Part shown: positions 26,871-39,000 of the stretch, piece after piece
How positions within the stretch are numbered: position 1 is the stretch's first letter
How the letters are laid out: the number at the start of each line of letters is the position of its first letter
Source: Lepidodermella squamata
Lineage: Eukaryota; Animalia; Gastrotricha
NCBI GenBank assembly: GCA_047495785.1
Contig: JBLDXI010000004.1
Location: 2,666,001 to 2,730,000 of the forward strand
Direction of reading: 5' to 3'
DNA length: 64,000 nucleotides
Made by a program: the position numbers and the translations under genes
The notes under the pieces: model-generated
Seen by the model: only the letters and a program-made list of their open reading frames with translations
Databases searched by the model: none
What the model was told of the DNA's origin: nothing

Positions 26871-27036
26871 CAGTGTGCGAAGTAGGATCCGGGAACTGAG
26901 GTGTTTTCTACTTGGTTTTAAGGACCTAGCCGAAGAAACCAAAGGCTCCCCCCTGTGGTTTTTTCAGCCTTTCTCTGGTTGGAGTCCCGGAGCTGGGGTG
27001 TCGCGACACTCCAGCACCCCTGTAATTCGCACCCTG
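26871..27036. mobile_element. hAT-like MITE (relatives at 30842-31135 and 55030-55171)
   Basis: Ends CAGTGTGCGAA / TTCGCACCCTG; 8-bp TSD ACGTGGGC. Confidence 0.9.
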
Positions 27037-27567
27037 ACGTGGGCTTGTATGATGTTCTTGTATGATGTGAGCGCTGTGTGAACTAAAATCGCGAAGCAAG
27101 AAGCAATCATTTTCCGTCCGTGCACAACAGTTTACCCGGCAATTTAAGGTGCCAGCGGCTAGTGGTTGGAATGGCTTCTTAGGCCTTAGGCGGGTAGTCA
27201 TCGACTGAAAATTGCATTACGATTGCATTCTGACAAGTCACGGTATGCTTGGTATGCGTATACGTAGGCGTGTAGTCAAGCATTGCAAACACATTGCGCA
27301 TGGGTCATGGGTGCATACAAACAAACAAACAAAGAAACAAAGATGTCCACGACACGAATGGCGACAGTACGGGGGTTCCCCCGGCACATCCAAAAACCAA
27401 ACCTGAATAGTTAAAAGAGTGCGCAACAGGCGTGCACAGACTGTGCGCACGCTGGCGGCATACAAACAAACAAACAACTTGTCCACTCACAAACGGTGGC
27501 AGTATGGGGGTTCCCCCGGCATTTCGACTAATCATTTTCAACGAAGAATTTGAAGTTTCTGCTATTC

Positions 27568-28570
27568 TGTAACAATAACACTTGTAATATTTCGATATTG
27601 TTCTCGTTATCGTGATACGCTTCTATTGCGCAGTCGTTGATTTGTGATCATTGGCGTTATAAGCACGCATTTGTACCATGGATCTTTATTATGGTTATTT
27701 CCTTGTTAATAAACATCAATGTTGCCTTAAGGGCGTCGTTGTTTTCTTACAAAATAACCAGAATCAATTCATTGTCTTTGGCCCTAACTCAACATTGGCG
27801 TGCAATGTCGGTGCCTGCTCTTACGACTGAGCAGCAAGTCGAAGTTCTCGCCAATCAACTTGCGGCTCTAACCGTGAAGTTCAATGATCTTCAGGGCACC
27901 AAGGCAAGTTTAGAACCACGACGTGGCTCCGAACCAGCGGCTTACGACGGCGACCGAAAATATTTTCGACGCTTCATGAACCAGTGCAAACTCTATCTGC
28001 AAATGAATCAGACTATTTACTCAACTGAACCGTTCTGTGTCGGCCTGGTTTTGTCACTGCTACATATCTACTGGACCGGCTCACGACTGGGCTGCGCCGC
28101 TCATCGAGAAAAAGGAAGATTTTCAGAATGATTGGAAAACCTTCATAATTCGTTTTGCTGAGGCCTTCGATGGTCCTGATCGAAAGGCTACGGCCCTGCA
28201 TCGGTTGGAAAAACTGGTCAAGGCAATTATTGACCAGTGCCGGTCTACGCATCTGAATTCAATCAAATTAGCGTGGATCTGGATTTCAATGATGAGGCTT
28301 TGTGTCACCAGTTTCGACTTGGTTTGAATGACGAAATTAAGGATGTTTTGTTTTACAGCGAGCAATACACTACTCTGAAGGCGTTGCCCAGTCGTCGACC
28401 AGCAATGTCTTACCTCTACAATTGAATATTCTGCGAATCAAGTTTCAACTTCAATGAACACCAGCGATGCTGAACCTGCTTCGATGGAGATCGACGGAGT
28501 TGCTAGGGCGCCTCTAAGCAACGCGGAAAACGCGGTCTTTGCTTCTACTGTGGCACTGTGCTTCTGCTGT
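27568..28570 (+). mobile_element. Ty3/gypsy (Tf1/sushi, PEG10-like) LTR retrotransposon relic: 5' LTR 27568-27751 plus frameshifted gag
   Basis: LTR TGTAA...TTACA with TATAA and AATAAA; gag EPAAYDGDRKYFRRFMNQCKLY, TGPAHDWA, YASEF, QFRLGLNDEIKD, MEIDG, RGLCFYCG. Confidence 0.85.
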
Positions 28571-28928
28571 GGCACCAAATCGACGCTGAAAATTTCGGTC
28601 TTTTGTTAATTTACTAGCAAAACAACAGGCGCCAATCGCCAATGTATACTCACGGTGAAATTCTCAAATTTCGGATCACTGGTACCCGCGTCGACTGCAC
28701 TGAGGGGTTCTGAAATCTCAACTGAAGACACGTCCCTGAGGTCGGCGCACGTAAGGTTCGTCATCAACATGGTCGAATTGATTAGAAAGCCCAGATAAAA
28801 TGTGACTATATGAAAAGGTTAGCATATATCAGATTCATGCACTGGCAAGAACACGTGTAACATGGGTCGAGTCGAATTAGTTCACTCCTTGGGGTGATGG
28901 GTTACTCCCCGAAGGTTTTACTGTTGTT

Positions 28929-29344
28929 CATGAGACGTACCAGGACGCAGCGCCTCGAATTAAATGCTTGATTTTTGTGTTATTTTTTGATAAGGTCCGA
29001 AGGTCGTTGTAGGTAAAAATAACCTCATTAGCAGCGATCGTTATTTTTCTTCTGCGACCAGCAAAAAATCTCATTCATGAAAATCACGTATTTACGCAAA
29101 GGTCAGCTTTTTGCAGCGGCCTGAAGATCTCGATCTTAAAGACAATGGCGGGCCGCGAAAAGATCAGTTATTCTGTTTTCAATTTTAATTTTTAGTATCG
29201 ATAGCAATTTTATTTTTTTATAAATTAAAAATTTGTCATCGAAAGTAATTATTATGCACACTTATGCTAAACACGTCAAGTGATTTTTTACGCAAACCCG
29301 GATAACGGGAGCTTTAAAGCCGTTTCGTCCTGGTACGTCTCATG
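28929..29344. mobile_element. MITE with CATGA- ends (P-element/hAT-like)
   Basis: 19-bp TIR CATGAGACGTACCAGGACG; 8-bp TSD CTGTTGTT. Confidence 0.9.
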
Positions 29345-30390
29345 CTGTTGTTTTTTTACTCAGCATAGTTGATTCATTAATCAAATGATCTTGCTAGATG
29401 CTCTACAGACCTGAGCCAGTCTCAGAAGATCTTGCAATAGATTGGAGGGGTAAAACCTAAAAAAAGATATGCGTAACATGCCAAACATCTTGCAAAGGAC
29501 GTTCATGAGATGTAAAAACACTAATTTACCCCACATTTTTTACTGAATCAAAATCTCTAAGAATGCCTTTCTCATGCTGCAATTATTAATTCGAATAGGC
29601 TGAGCACGAATTTACCATGCCCCGACCTCGTGGACGTGTCCTTGGTCGACATAATGGAACCCCAAAGGTCAGGCGACCGGCTATCGGAAAATTTCAATTT
29701 CCTCGGGTCGCCTTGGAAACTATTTAAATTCAAATAATAAAAATGTGATGTAGTTATTAAATAACAGTTCAAAAATGTGTTCATATTTTTAATTAAATTG
29801 CGTTCAAAATCAGAAAGCGCTGTATTTGTTTTTTGGCATTTTTTACACTGCGGATTTGACGTATTCGAAATCTGGCACATTTCGCTCAAGTAGTTCTTAG
29901 TGCGAACAATAGCTAATAATTATGAATCATCGCTGCATTTTTTGCATGGTGATGATTCATAATTTGTGCAAAATGATCACACCATATTATTTAGTCTCTA
30001 TCTAATGACACTAAGCACTTGGCTACCGGATGAGTGGAAGTATACTATTTAAGCATGCCGCCAAATACAAAGGAAAATTCAAATTTAACCATTGAGGACC
30101 TTCGTCGTTTAGTGTTGTAGATAAAACATCAATTAGATTGTGTACGATTTTTATTTAAAAAAACTGACCTGGCGCTGCCAAAAAAAACCACCGTGGCCTA
30201 GTTTAGTGTTAGAGCGCTTTTCAACGCGTGCCTCCGGAGTTTCCAAAGCGTGCTTGTTTACAAGGAAGAGTGGCGCCACGTGGAAAACAACGCGCACGAT
30301 GAAACGCACCGCCATTCACAATTCATTCGATACATTTTTCACAAATTTATAACGTGATTTTGTCTTCTGTAAACACGCTTATCCTATCAA

Positions 30391-33300
30391 ATGGTTTTGT
30401 ATCAGTGTGCTATATTGCTAGCCTTACTGCTGGCGTCAAGCAACAATGCCTTCGGCAAACAGCTGAACTGGGTTCGATGCTTCTCGCAGTTCAGCAACAG
30501 ATTCACCAGCTGCGTACTAGCCGCGGACGGCTGTGATCCACTCACCGAGTATCAGGTTTTTCTCAACGAAATTAAATTGAAGAGCAAATTAATCGACATG
30601 TCTCTCTATTTATAGTGGGGCTCAATTTTCCGAACAACCGGGGTCTGCAATACCGGAGTCTGTTAATTTTTATGCTAAATTCATTTTAATTTGCTCTGCT
30701 TTATCTATAGAATGCCAGGATGTGCTACAAATACGAGGCTATTACCCCGTTTTGCGTACCTGGAAACGTTGGATGTAACAATCCTGGTGATATGAATGTA
30801 AGCCTCATTTCAATAACCAACAACTTTTTAATGGTGACTACCAGTGTGCGAAGTAGGATCCAGGAGCTGAGGTGATTTCTAGGACTTGTTTTCTAAGACC
30901 CAGCCGAAGAAACCAAAGGGTCCCCCTGTGGTTTTTTCAGCCTTCCTCTGATTTGAGTCCCGGAGCTGGGGTGTCGCGACACCTCAGCACCTCTGTACAG
31001 GGCGTTCGCGTAATAATTAATAATACTCTAGGTGAGCTAAAAATAGCTAAAAATAAGCTCAAATGAATGCAAAAAGTAGCAAAGCTATTTTTAGAAGAGT
31101 ATTATTACGCGAACACCCTGTACTTCGCACCCTGACACCTTCGCATTTTCACCTGACTTCGGGTGAAAATGCCATTCCTCTCCACTCTTTCCAAAAAATC
31201 AGAAAATCTAAATCTAAATATCGCCGGAATCAAAAATTCCATGTCGAGAGTTTTCTCTAAATTCTAAATTCTAAATTTGAATTTAGAATTTAGAATTTAG
31301 AGAAAACTCTCGACATGGAATTTTTGATCAATTAAAAAAAGTTTCCGCACGAGCCATACCTTGGAAGAGGAAAGGCATTTCTGCTCACCAGTTGTAGCCA
31401 TATTTTCCCCGATTTTTGATAAATTATCCATGAGAGAACACAAGATGTACCTGATAGTAATAGATAGAGGGTCGCTTCCAGCTTCAAGAATTTCGTAGGA
31501 GAAATGCAAAATTTTTGTAAGGGACATCTCTGGCTTGGATTTCTAATTTTTGAAATTATCTCTCCTTTGAGCATTCCGTTAAGCACTGTTGAGCACTCCG
31601 TTGAGCAGCGTTGTGCACATTGAGCACAAAATGAGACATTTCTTTAGGCACGTTGTGCTTCTTTGAACAGCCTTCGAGCACTCTTTGTGCGGCTCTTGAG
31701 CATCGCGTTCAGCACCAGTCGTCAATGAATTAAAAAAAAACAGTCGCGGGCAGGAATTGAACCAGTGATCACTACTCTCAAGCCCGCAATCAAATCCATT
31801 GCGCCGCTGGCTCCTCAAATGGATACTATCAAAATCGACTTATTAATAATTCCATCTGTTAACAATTTTGCAACTTTGGCAGTTTTTTGTAATTGCAACC
31901 GAGCCATTTGCAAATGAAATAATATAATTGGGGAAAAAATATTGAAAAAACAACCAGTCAGGGGCGGGAATCGAACCAGTGATCACTGCCCTCACACTCA
32001 ATTTTGTCATCTTTGGAGTGCTCAATGATAACCTGTTATCCTGTTGCGCACAAGTTGAGCACTTTCGATATGTTCCGGCTGACGTTGAGCATAAATTGCG
32101 CACAAATTGAGCACCCATTGAGCAATCATTGAGCATTTTGAGCACAAGTTGTGCAATTGAGCAAAAGTGCTCAAAGGAGAGATATTATTATTTATAATTT
32201 TGATGGGCGGATATGGTGGTCTATAAAGTGGTCGCGTGCTGTACTTTTCGCAAATTTAGCTCGAATAAATTAACTATGGATAATGTATAGAGGTTGGTTT
32301 CCTGTTTCCTCTCTGTTGCAGGTTGTTGTTGTGATTATTGGTATTTTTATCGTTTTCATTTTTTAGACGTTTTGGTTCGACGATCAGAAGCCGACGTTGA
32401 GCTTGAAATACAACCTAAACGAATGCGAGAAACGGAAAGCAGTATTCGAGGTTGGTATTCAGGAAATAATGCCATTGCGTATTATGCTTTAACTTTTTAT
32501 CATTCCAGACTTCGAAATTCAGGCGCTGCACGTCGAACAACGTTATCATCACCTGTGTTCCTGACCCGTACACCTGCCCCAACAACTGGGTGAGCGGCTT
32601 GGAAACAGTTTATGTGTTTCTTTGTAACGCTGTAACGCTGATTCTTGCTTTTCCAGGTAACTGAATCGACTCTTTATTCAACTCTTGCTTCATGCACCAA
32701 TGGATCAGGTTCGCGCTTTGCGTGAAAAATATCGCCACGATTTTTAAAAAGTAACGCGTAATCTTTCATTTCAGTCGTAGTTCCGGTCAACGAAAAGCCG
32801 CATATTCGGTGCTTTGATTCTACGAGCAAAAGGTTCAACGACTGCCGACCGCAAAGCTCCGGTTGTTTTGCTGGCAATGAGACACAGCAGTACTCGACCA
32901 AAGTTTATATCAACCGTGCAGCTTGCCTGCTCGGAGTAAGTTTTACTTCTATTTTAGCAATTGATTATTCTCGTTTACTCTCGTTTGACAGAATGCCGTT
33001 TCGTGCAAGGATTCATCCAATCGACTTTCTTGCTACGCAGCTTGTCCTCATGATCAAACTAAGGTAGCGCTCAGCCAAGAGCACGGTTTTCGCTGGTGCC
33101 AACTGTTTTTCTTCAACAGGATAAGCTGTTCTCGAACTTGGGGACTTTTCAGCTGAACCACGACAATTGCGTTAACGATATAACGCCCTATGTGAGTTTA
33201 TTTCGAGTAAAGGTTTCGTAGACATATGTTGAAAGTTGAAAGAGGGCAAATGGTTTCTGTCATAAATTTCGGGTCATTCCGGGGTTTGAAAACACTGTTA

Positions 33301-33906
33301 TGCCATTTTCGGTTTTGGGGTATGTAACGTTGTTTTTCAATTATGCTTTATGCGCCACTTTCACCGCCTGTCCTTGATATGATAGGTACATTAGGGATTT
33401 CATATTTTCGATAGATTGCTACCCATCGGTGCTTGCGAACTGCCGACGGTTCAGTAACTTGCCGACCGAGCTCAAATGGCTGTGACGCCAACACTGAGAT
33501 TCGCTTTCCTGCAAATGTTACTTTCAGCGGCGAATGGCAGTGCCAACACGCTCGAAGGATTGTGTTCATGGTTAATTACACCGACAGTTATTTAAATTAC
33601 ACATCTGCAGCCGCAAAGTGCTCGCAACTGGATAGCATCTTAGCAACTGGTAAAACGGCTGCCGAAATAGCCCAGGCTCACAGCGTTGGACCCGCACACA
33701 ATAGTGCATGGATGGGTCTTGATCCATATTCTGGCGTTCTCAAATGGTCCGACGGTTCGGCATTCACATACGTATATCCAGACCTTATTGTATCAGAATA
33801 CTATCCAGATCGATGCGGGAACCTGCTGGCAGGTGCTCCTAGAATGGTGTTCAATACGTGCGACAGCGGTTTGATGTACGCAATGTGCGAAACCTACGCT
33901 GAATGA
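30391..33906 (+). CDS. Secreted protein C: signal peptide, six 4-Cys repeats, C-type-lectin-like domain (about 10 exons)
   Basis: MVLYQCAILLALLLASSNNAFG; exons WVRCFSQ..., NARMCYKY..., TFWFDDQK..., FRRCTSNN..., HIRCFDST..., NAVSCKDS..., THRCLRTA..., then AWMGL...LKWSDGS...AMCE; all GT-AG and in frame. Confidence 0.85.
30842..31135. mobile_element. hAT-like MITE carrying a nested TA-flanked Tc1/mariner-like MITE (30998-31120)
   Basis: Outer element matches 26871-27036; inner TIR CAGGGCGTTCGCGTAATAAT, with a second copy at 50604-50720. Confidence 0.85.
31229..31328. repeat. ~100 bp near-perfect palindrome
   Basis: ATCAAAAATTCCATGTCGAGAGTTTTCTCTAAATTCTAAATTC... immediately followed by its reverse complement. 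Confidence 0.9.
31559..32182. mobile_element. TA-flanked MITE with TTGAGCA subterminal repeats and two internal tRNA-like cassettes on the minus strand
   Basis: TIR TCTCTCCTTTGAGCA; B-box-like GGTTCAATTCC and GGTTCGATTCC followed by T-runs at ~31735-31812 and ~31945-32000. Confidence 0.75.
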
Positions 33907-34175
33907 ATGGCAAGTGTTCGATGCTGCCGTTAGCTTTTGAACTACCTGTCGCCTATTTACATGTTGATGATACGTGATGAGCTGCTGCAACAAAATATCA
34001 GTAGAATAAAAGAGACAGGTTCGCAAGACCATGCAATTCTTTTTTAAGCGTTTTAAACAATAATTTTTTATTTTTGGTTTACATTCAAACTCAGTTCCCT
34101 AGCAAAGAAAATTGTTTATTAGCTGAAGATAAAAATATTTTATGGCTATTTATCTCGTGGATTATTAGCGGATAA

Positions 34176-34322
34176 TTGGGACCCGTCAAGCCATTTCGGC
34201 CCTATCTCATCTTCATAGTCATTTGAAATGGGGTGTTGCGCAATAAACAATCATGCTTCAGCTGTGGCCTTTCAAATGACTGTGAAGATAAGATAGGGCC
34301 GAAATCGCTTGACGGGTCTCAA
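34176..34322. mobile_element. Short MITE whose TIRs match the inner ends of the 21919-22932 arms
   Basis: TTGGGACCCGTCAAGCCATTTCGGCCCTATCT and its reverse complement. Confidence 0.8.
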
Positions 34323-35389
34323 CTTTCTCATGGTTTTTACCTACGCTAAGTGAATCAGCTTGTAGCTTGTTTCTAGGACAAATCGGCTACCAAGTGGGGT
34401 ATAATTTCAAGAGGGTGGCCTAAGTTGTGTAGTCTGAAAATGTGTTTGTATAACCTCTCAAAATGGACAAGTGTCATCTAGAATGTGTGTGCGCGCCACT
34501 TTAATCTTCGAAGTGTAAACAAAACCAAAAATCGCCACCTAATCTTGAATTATGTCAACAAAACCTTGAAAACGCAGCGCTGAACTTGAAAGCGCCTCCT
34601 GTAAATCGTAACCCGCGCCCATGAAATTGTCATTTTTTTCAGCATAGCGCAGCCGGTTTTTACTTTGGATTAACGATGAATCATCATTTAGTCATCAGAA
34701 CGTCATGCGGCTGTTTTGTAAAAATGGAAGTTTTCTCCGCGATTCTCCGCAATTCTCGACGAATTGATTAATTTCAAGTTGTTTTATGGTGATTTGGAGC
34801 CTGTTAGTACCCGCTGCACCCGGATACGGTTACCTTAATAGCACCTGGTTCGAAGAAAATTACGCCACTGATAAATCAGCAATTTCATTTTATTTCTGCT
34901 GGCCATCGCGGCCATCGCGGCCATCTCGGTGAAAATAATAAGGCAATTGAGGTAAAATAATCGGATTCACAACAATTACGCTCAAGAAAATATAGAAAGG
35001 AATGATCATAATTCACCTTTTATGGCAGCCAGGATCATTTGAAAATCGCTTACTTCCAACGAGATATTAATAATCAGTCAACAAGACTTCTCAAGTGAAA
35101 GTTACCTCAAAATCGAGTACAGTGACGCCAAAATTGCGTCTCAACACTTGAAGAAAAGAAGCAGGGAATTTCGAAAAATTCAACAAAAAGTTTGTCGAGT
35201 CAGAAACAAAAGTGGATAGGTATAGGATTTTTCATAGGCATTTTGTTAAATCTTTTCCAAGGCGGGAAAAAGTATAGCCATGGTTGGGAATCTCGTGGCA
35301 GAGTGTTCGCAAATAGCTGAGAGATTCGAACTTTGAGGAACGAGAAAAAGATAACGGTTAATTAGTAGCGCATTTCACAACTTTCACAA

Positions 35390-36052
35390 CTTGATGACGT
35401 TGTTCGACGTACAGCGCCTGAATGCCAAAGTCTGCAATGAAAAAATCATATCAGCATGCTAAATATTCAACGTTTCCAAGTGTCCTCACCTCAAATGCAG
35501 CTTTCTTTTTCTCGCATTCGTTGAGGTTGAATTTCAAGCTCAACGTGGGCTTTTGGTCGTCGAACCAGAACGTCTGGTTATTATTAGAAAATAAAAAAAA
35601 ATAAGGATTTTGATTCAATCTTTGATTCATTGAATCGGAATGATGCTAACATTCATATCACCCGGGTTGTTGCATCCGATGTACCCGGGAACGCAAAACG
35701 GGGTAAGAGCCGCGTATTTGTAGCACATTCGGGCATTCTAAATCAGAATAAAATTATAAAAAAATGTAGCCGATCAATTAACAGACCCCAGTGTTGCAGA
35801 CGCCGACTGTTGAGAAAATCCCACCCCACTGTCGATAAAGGGACACTTGAAGAACTTGAATTAGAAATTGAATTCGAGGAAAACCTGAAATTCGCGGAGT
35901 GGATCACAGCCATTGACAGCTTGTACGCAACTTGTGAATAGGCTGCTCCGCTTCGAGAAGCACCGTACCCAGTTCAACGGCTTACTGCCCCAAGCCAGTT
36001 CGCTCGAAGCCAGCATCAGCACCAACAGCACAGCAAAGTAATAAACAGTCAT
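35390..36052 (-). pseudogene. 3'-truncated copy of secreted protein B (exons 1-4 and part of exon 5)
   Basis: Identical to 13105-13767 but breaks at 35390 inside exon 5; no downstream exons seen. Confidence 0.85.
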
Positions 36053-39000
36053 TTGTGGAGTCACTAAAAAGTCGAGCGCTGATTGGTTAATTGAGCGTTG
36101 CTAAGACTCCGGAATGAAAAATTTCTGCCGTGCTATCCACAAATAAATAATTTATTTGTTACGTTAGAAATGGTTTGGGTTGGGTTAGGGTTGAAGACTG
36201 GGTCTTAAACAGTGGCGTAACCCGTAACCAGCTGGTTGTTTTGGTTGGTCAAACAACTACATACCAAGATGAAAACTCAAAAACCCCTCCCGCGGCCTAA
36301 AAAAGCCTCGCTAAAATTGCTTAAATGGGGAGGATATGTTTGCAAATTGCCAAAAATTGTATCGCTTCGCTCGAAGTCTCGATATCGTTGATTGAAAATC
36401 GGCACTAGTCGGCCTTGAATTATCCTGGGAGAAATTCAAATTACATCCTCAGATCTATTTGGAACTGATTGGAATAAATTGGTACGGAATTCAATGACGT
36501 TTAGTACTGAATTCAATCATTTAATTCGGTAATGATTCACTATTTCCCGTGAATGTAGTTAAATTTAGAGGATCAACAACATTCTCAAAACGAAATAGGG
36601 AAAGTGCTGTCGCTGTAAACAGCGTTAAATGTTGTTTTTCAAGTTGATTTGGCACGCGAACAGCTTACGGCCTTTTGTGAACAGCTAATACATTGAACCA
36701 GTTGAACCCTTTGAACTCGTCGCCGTCAACATCTGTGACCCTGGCGCGTGGCAACTCGAGCTCAAGCTCGACCTCGATTTTTCGACATTTTTTGATAAAA
36801 TAAAGACGTACATATCTGGAGCTTGTGTGAGAACATGACTCACTAATCTTTTTATTCTCTAGCTTGGAATATTAACTGCTATCAGCATAGCATAGCATAG
36901 CGATATCTTTATTACACCATTATTATTAGTCATTAAATATTAACAAAGATTTCAGTGCAAAGAAAATGAGTAGGCAAAATGATAAAATAAAAATCACTCG
37001 ACGTACCCAGCGAGCTGTTGAATAAATTAACGTCGAGAGTGCCGAGCGTGGCGAGCGAAGTGAGCCTCAATTGTCACTTTTTCGCGAAATCATCGGTTGA
37101 AAATGCGATGATAATGCTTCGAATTAGAAAATCTTGGATCTTGGAAGAAGCTCACTAAAACGCAACTCAATGCTATAAGATTTAGTTCGCTTTTCTATAA
37201 AATTGTCATATTTCCTACACCCAATTTTGCCTGTTCACTTGAAGCGTTGAATGTTGATTTTATTACATCTGATGAGCGTGTGCTGCCTCCATTCATGAGC
37301 ATCGTACACAGCTAGCACAGATAGCTTTATCACTTTGAGTAATCAGATTTCAGGCCCAGTGATGAATTTTACAGATTTCAGAACGGATTTCCGGGTCAAT
37401 ATATCAGAAAATGGGCCGAAATTTCTCATTTCTGTTTCCATTGTTTGTCTTCGCCTTGTTGATCTCACGGCATATCAAACGCTTATCGACTGTCGCACAA
37501 TCGCACGCTTATCCTTAACGTGATCAACAATCGAAAATCGATAACACAAAAAAGGCGCTGCTTCTTTTTTGCTTCTAGTGTCGCGTGTTTCAGTTCTCGA
37601 TAACAAAACAAAATATGGCCTGTTATCGGCTTGTCAACACCCACCATGAAGCTCGTGAGTTTACGCTAATGAATGAATGATTGTTCGGGCACGTGCCGAT
37701 ACGAAAAATAAAAATAAGTCTTTTTTCACACACAAATACATTTTTAGTTTATCAAACATTAAATATTTATGAAACCGAACTTTACTAGAGTTCCGCTGAC
37801 CACGGAACAAAGCTGGTCTGACACTGGTCGTTTCTCACAGATGTATCCCATAGAACATAGAACAGGATAATTTCAGTTTCTTTGGCAAGGCAGGGTTGCT
37901 ATAGATGATAGTTTATTAATTGATTGAGAAATCGTTGTGGTTTTCATTTTTATTTTTTTTCTTGATTGTGGGCTCTTCACCTGTCCCCTTCACTCTTTTT
38001 CTCAGGTAGCAAAGTTGATTAGGACGCATGCCCGCTCGACGCCCTTACAGTATTTTTCCCGAAGTTTTAGTTTACCTTGTATACATATTTGGTTACCTAA
38101 AATTTCATTTTTAGCAAAAGATTGATCGGTTTGAGGTTATGGTTAGGTGACAGGCTTATGTTTAAGGTTAGCTTTAGGGTTAGGTTTTTAATAAGTCTCG
38201 GCTTTTGGGTAACTTCGAATTGTAGGGTTCAGTACTTTGTCAGTAGCTGTTTTTAACCAGAACCGAGTGATTATATGTATTCATTTGCGTTATGCAGCTT
38301 AAATTTTGTGACAGATTGTGTATGAATGCAATTTGAAAATTAATAATACTATCAAATTTATTAAATAAATAATTGTCACATTAATTCTAGATTTTTCAAG
38401 ATAAAACATGCTTTTTTCGAGACATTTCTTCGTAGAGATGGCTTGCATCATCGCCATTATCGCTCAAGGCGTAATGAATGTAAGCTTACAATTTAGACAA
38501 TTTTTGCATTTGTTTATTTATTTGTTAATTCATTGGCTCCACAGGATGAAAAGGCCGATGCCGAGCAGGTGCGACAAATCCTATACAAGCTCTATTCTCA
38601 GAAGCGACTGGATGGTGGCCGAGAAATAGTGAGATATTTCACGCATATTCTTAGAAATAACCGAATAGAATAAATATAAATAACCGAAAAGCCCATCGGA
38701 ATTTGATGATAAGCGGTACCACAAAAGGGAATTTTCCGCCCAGTCAAATTTCTCGTAATTTTCAAGATTTATTCTTAAACTAAGTTCCGTTAGCATTGTG
38801 AAACGTGTCAGAAAAAAGACAGAGGCTAGGTGTGGTGACAACTGATCAAGCTTCTATTTAACATGCGACAACTCGGCACGACTATTAGGCAAACTCAATT
38901 CGACACTAAAAATTTCAAGGACCGAAAACGACAATTCGGCAAAACGATAACTCGACATGATGAAAATCACCAATATGGGTAAACGACGACTCGGCAGGAA

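Noticed and set aside
27310-27522. Duplicated unit with CAAA repeats and a CGGGGGTTCCCCCG hairpin as an ncRNA or terminator
   Set aside because: Two diverged copies within TE-rich DNA and no further evidence of function.
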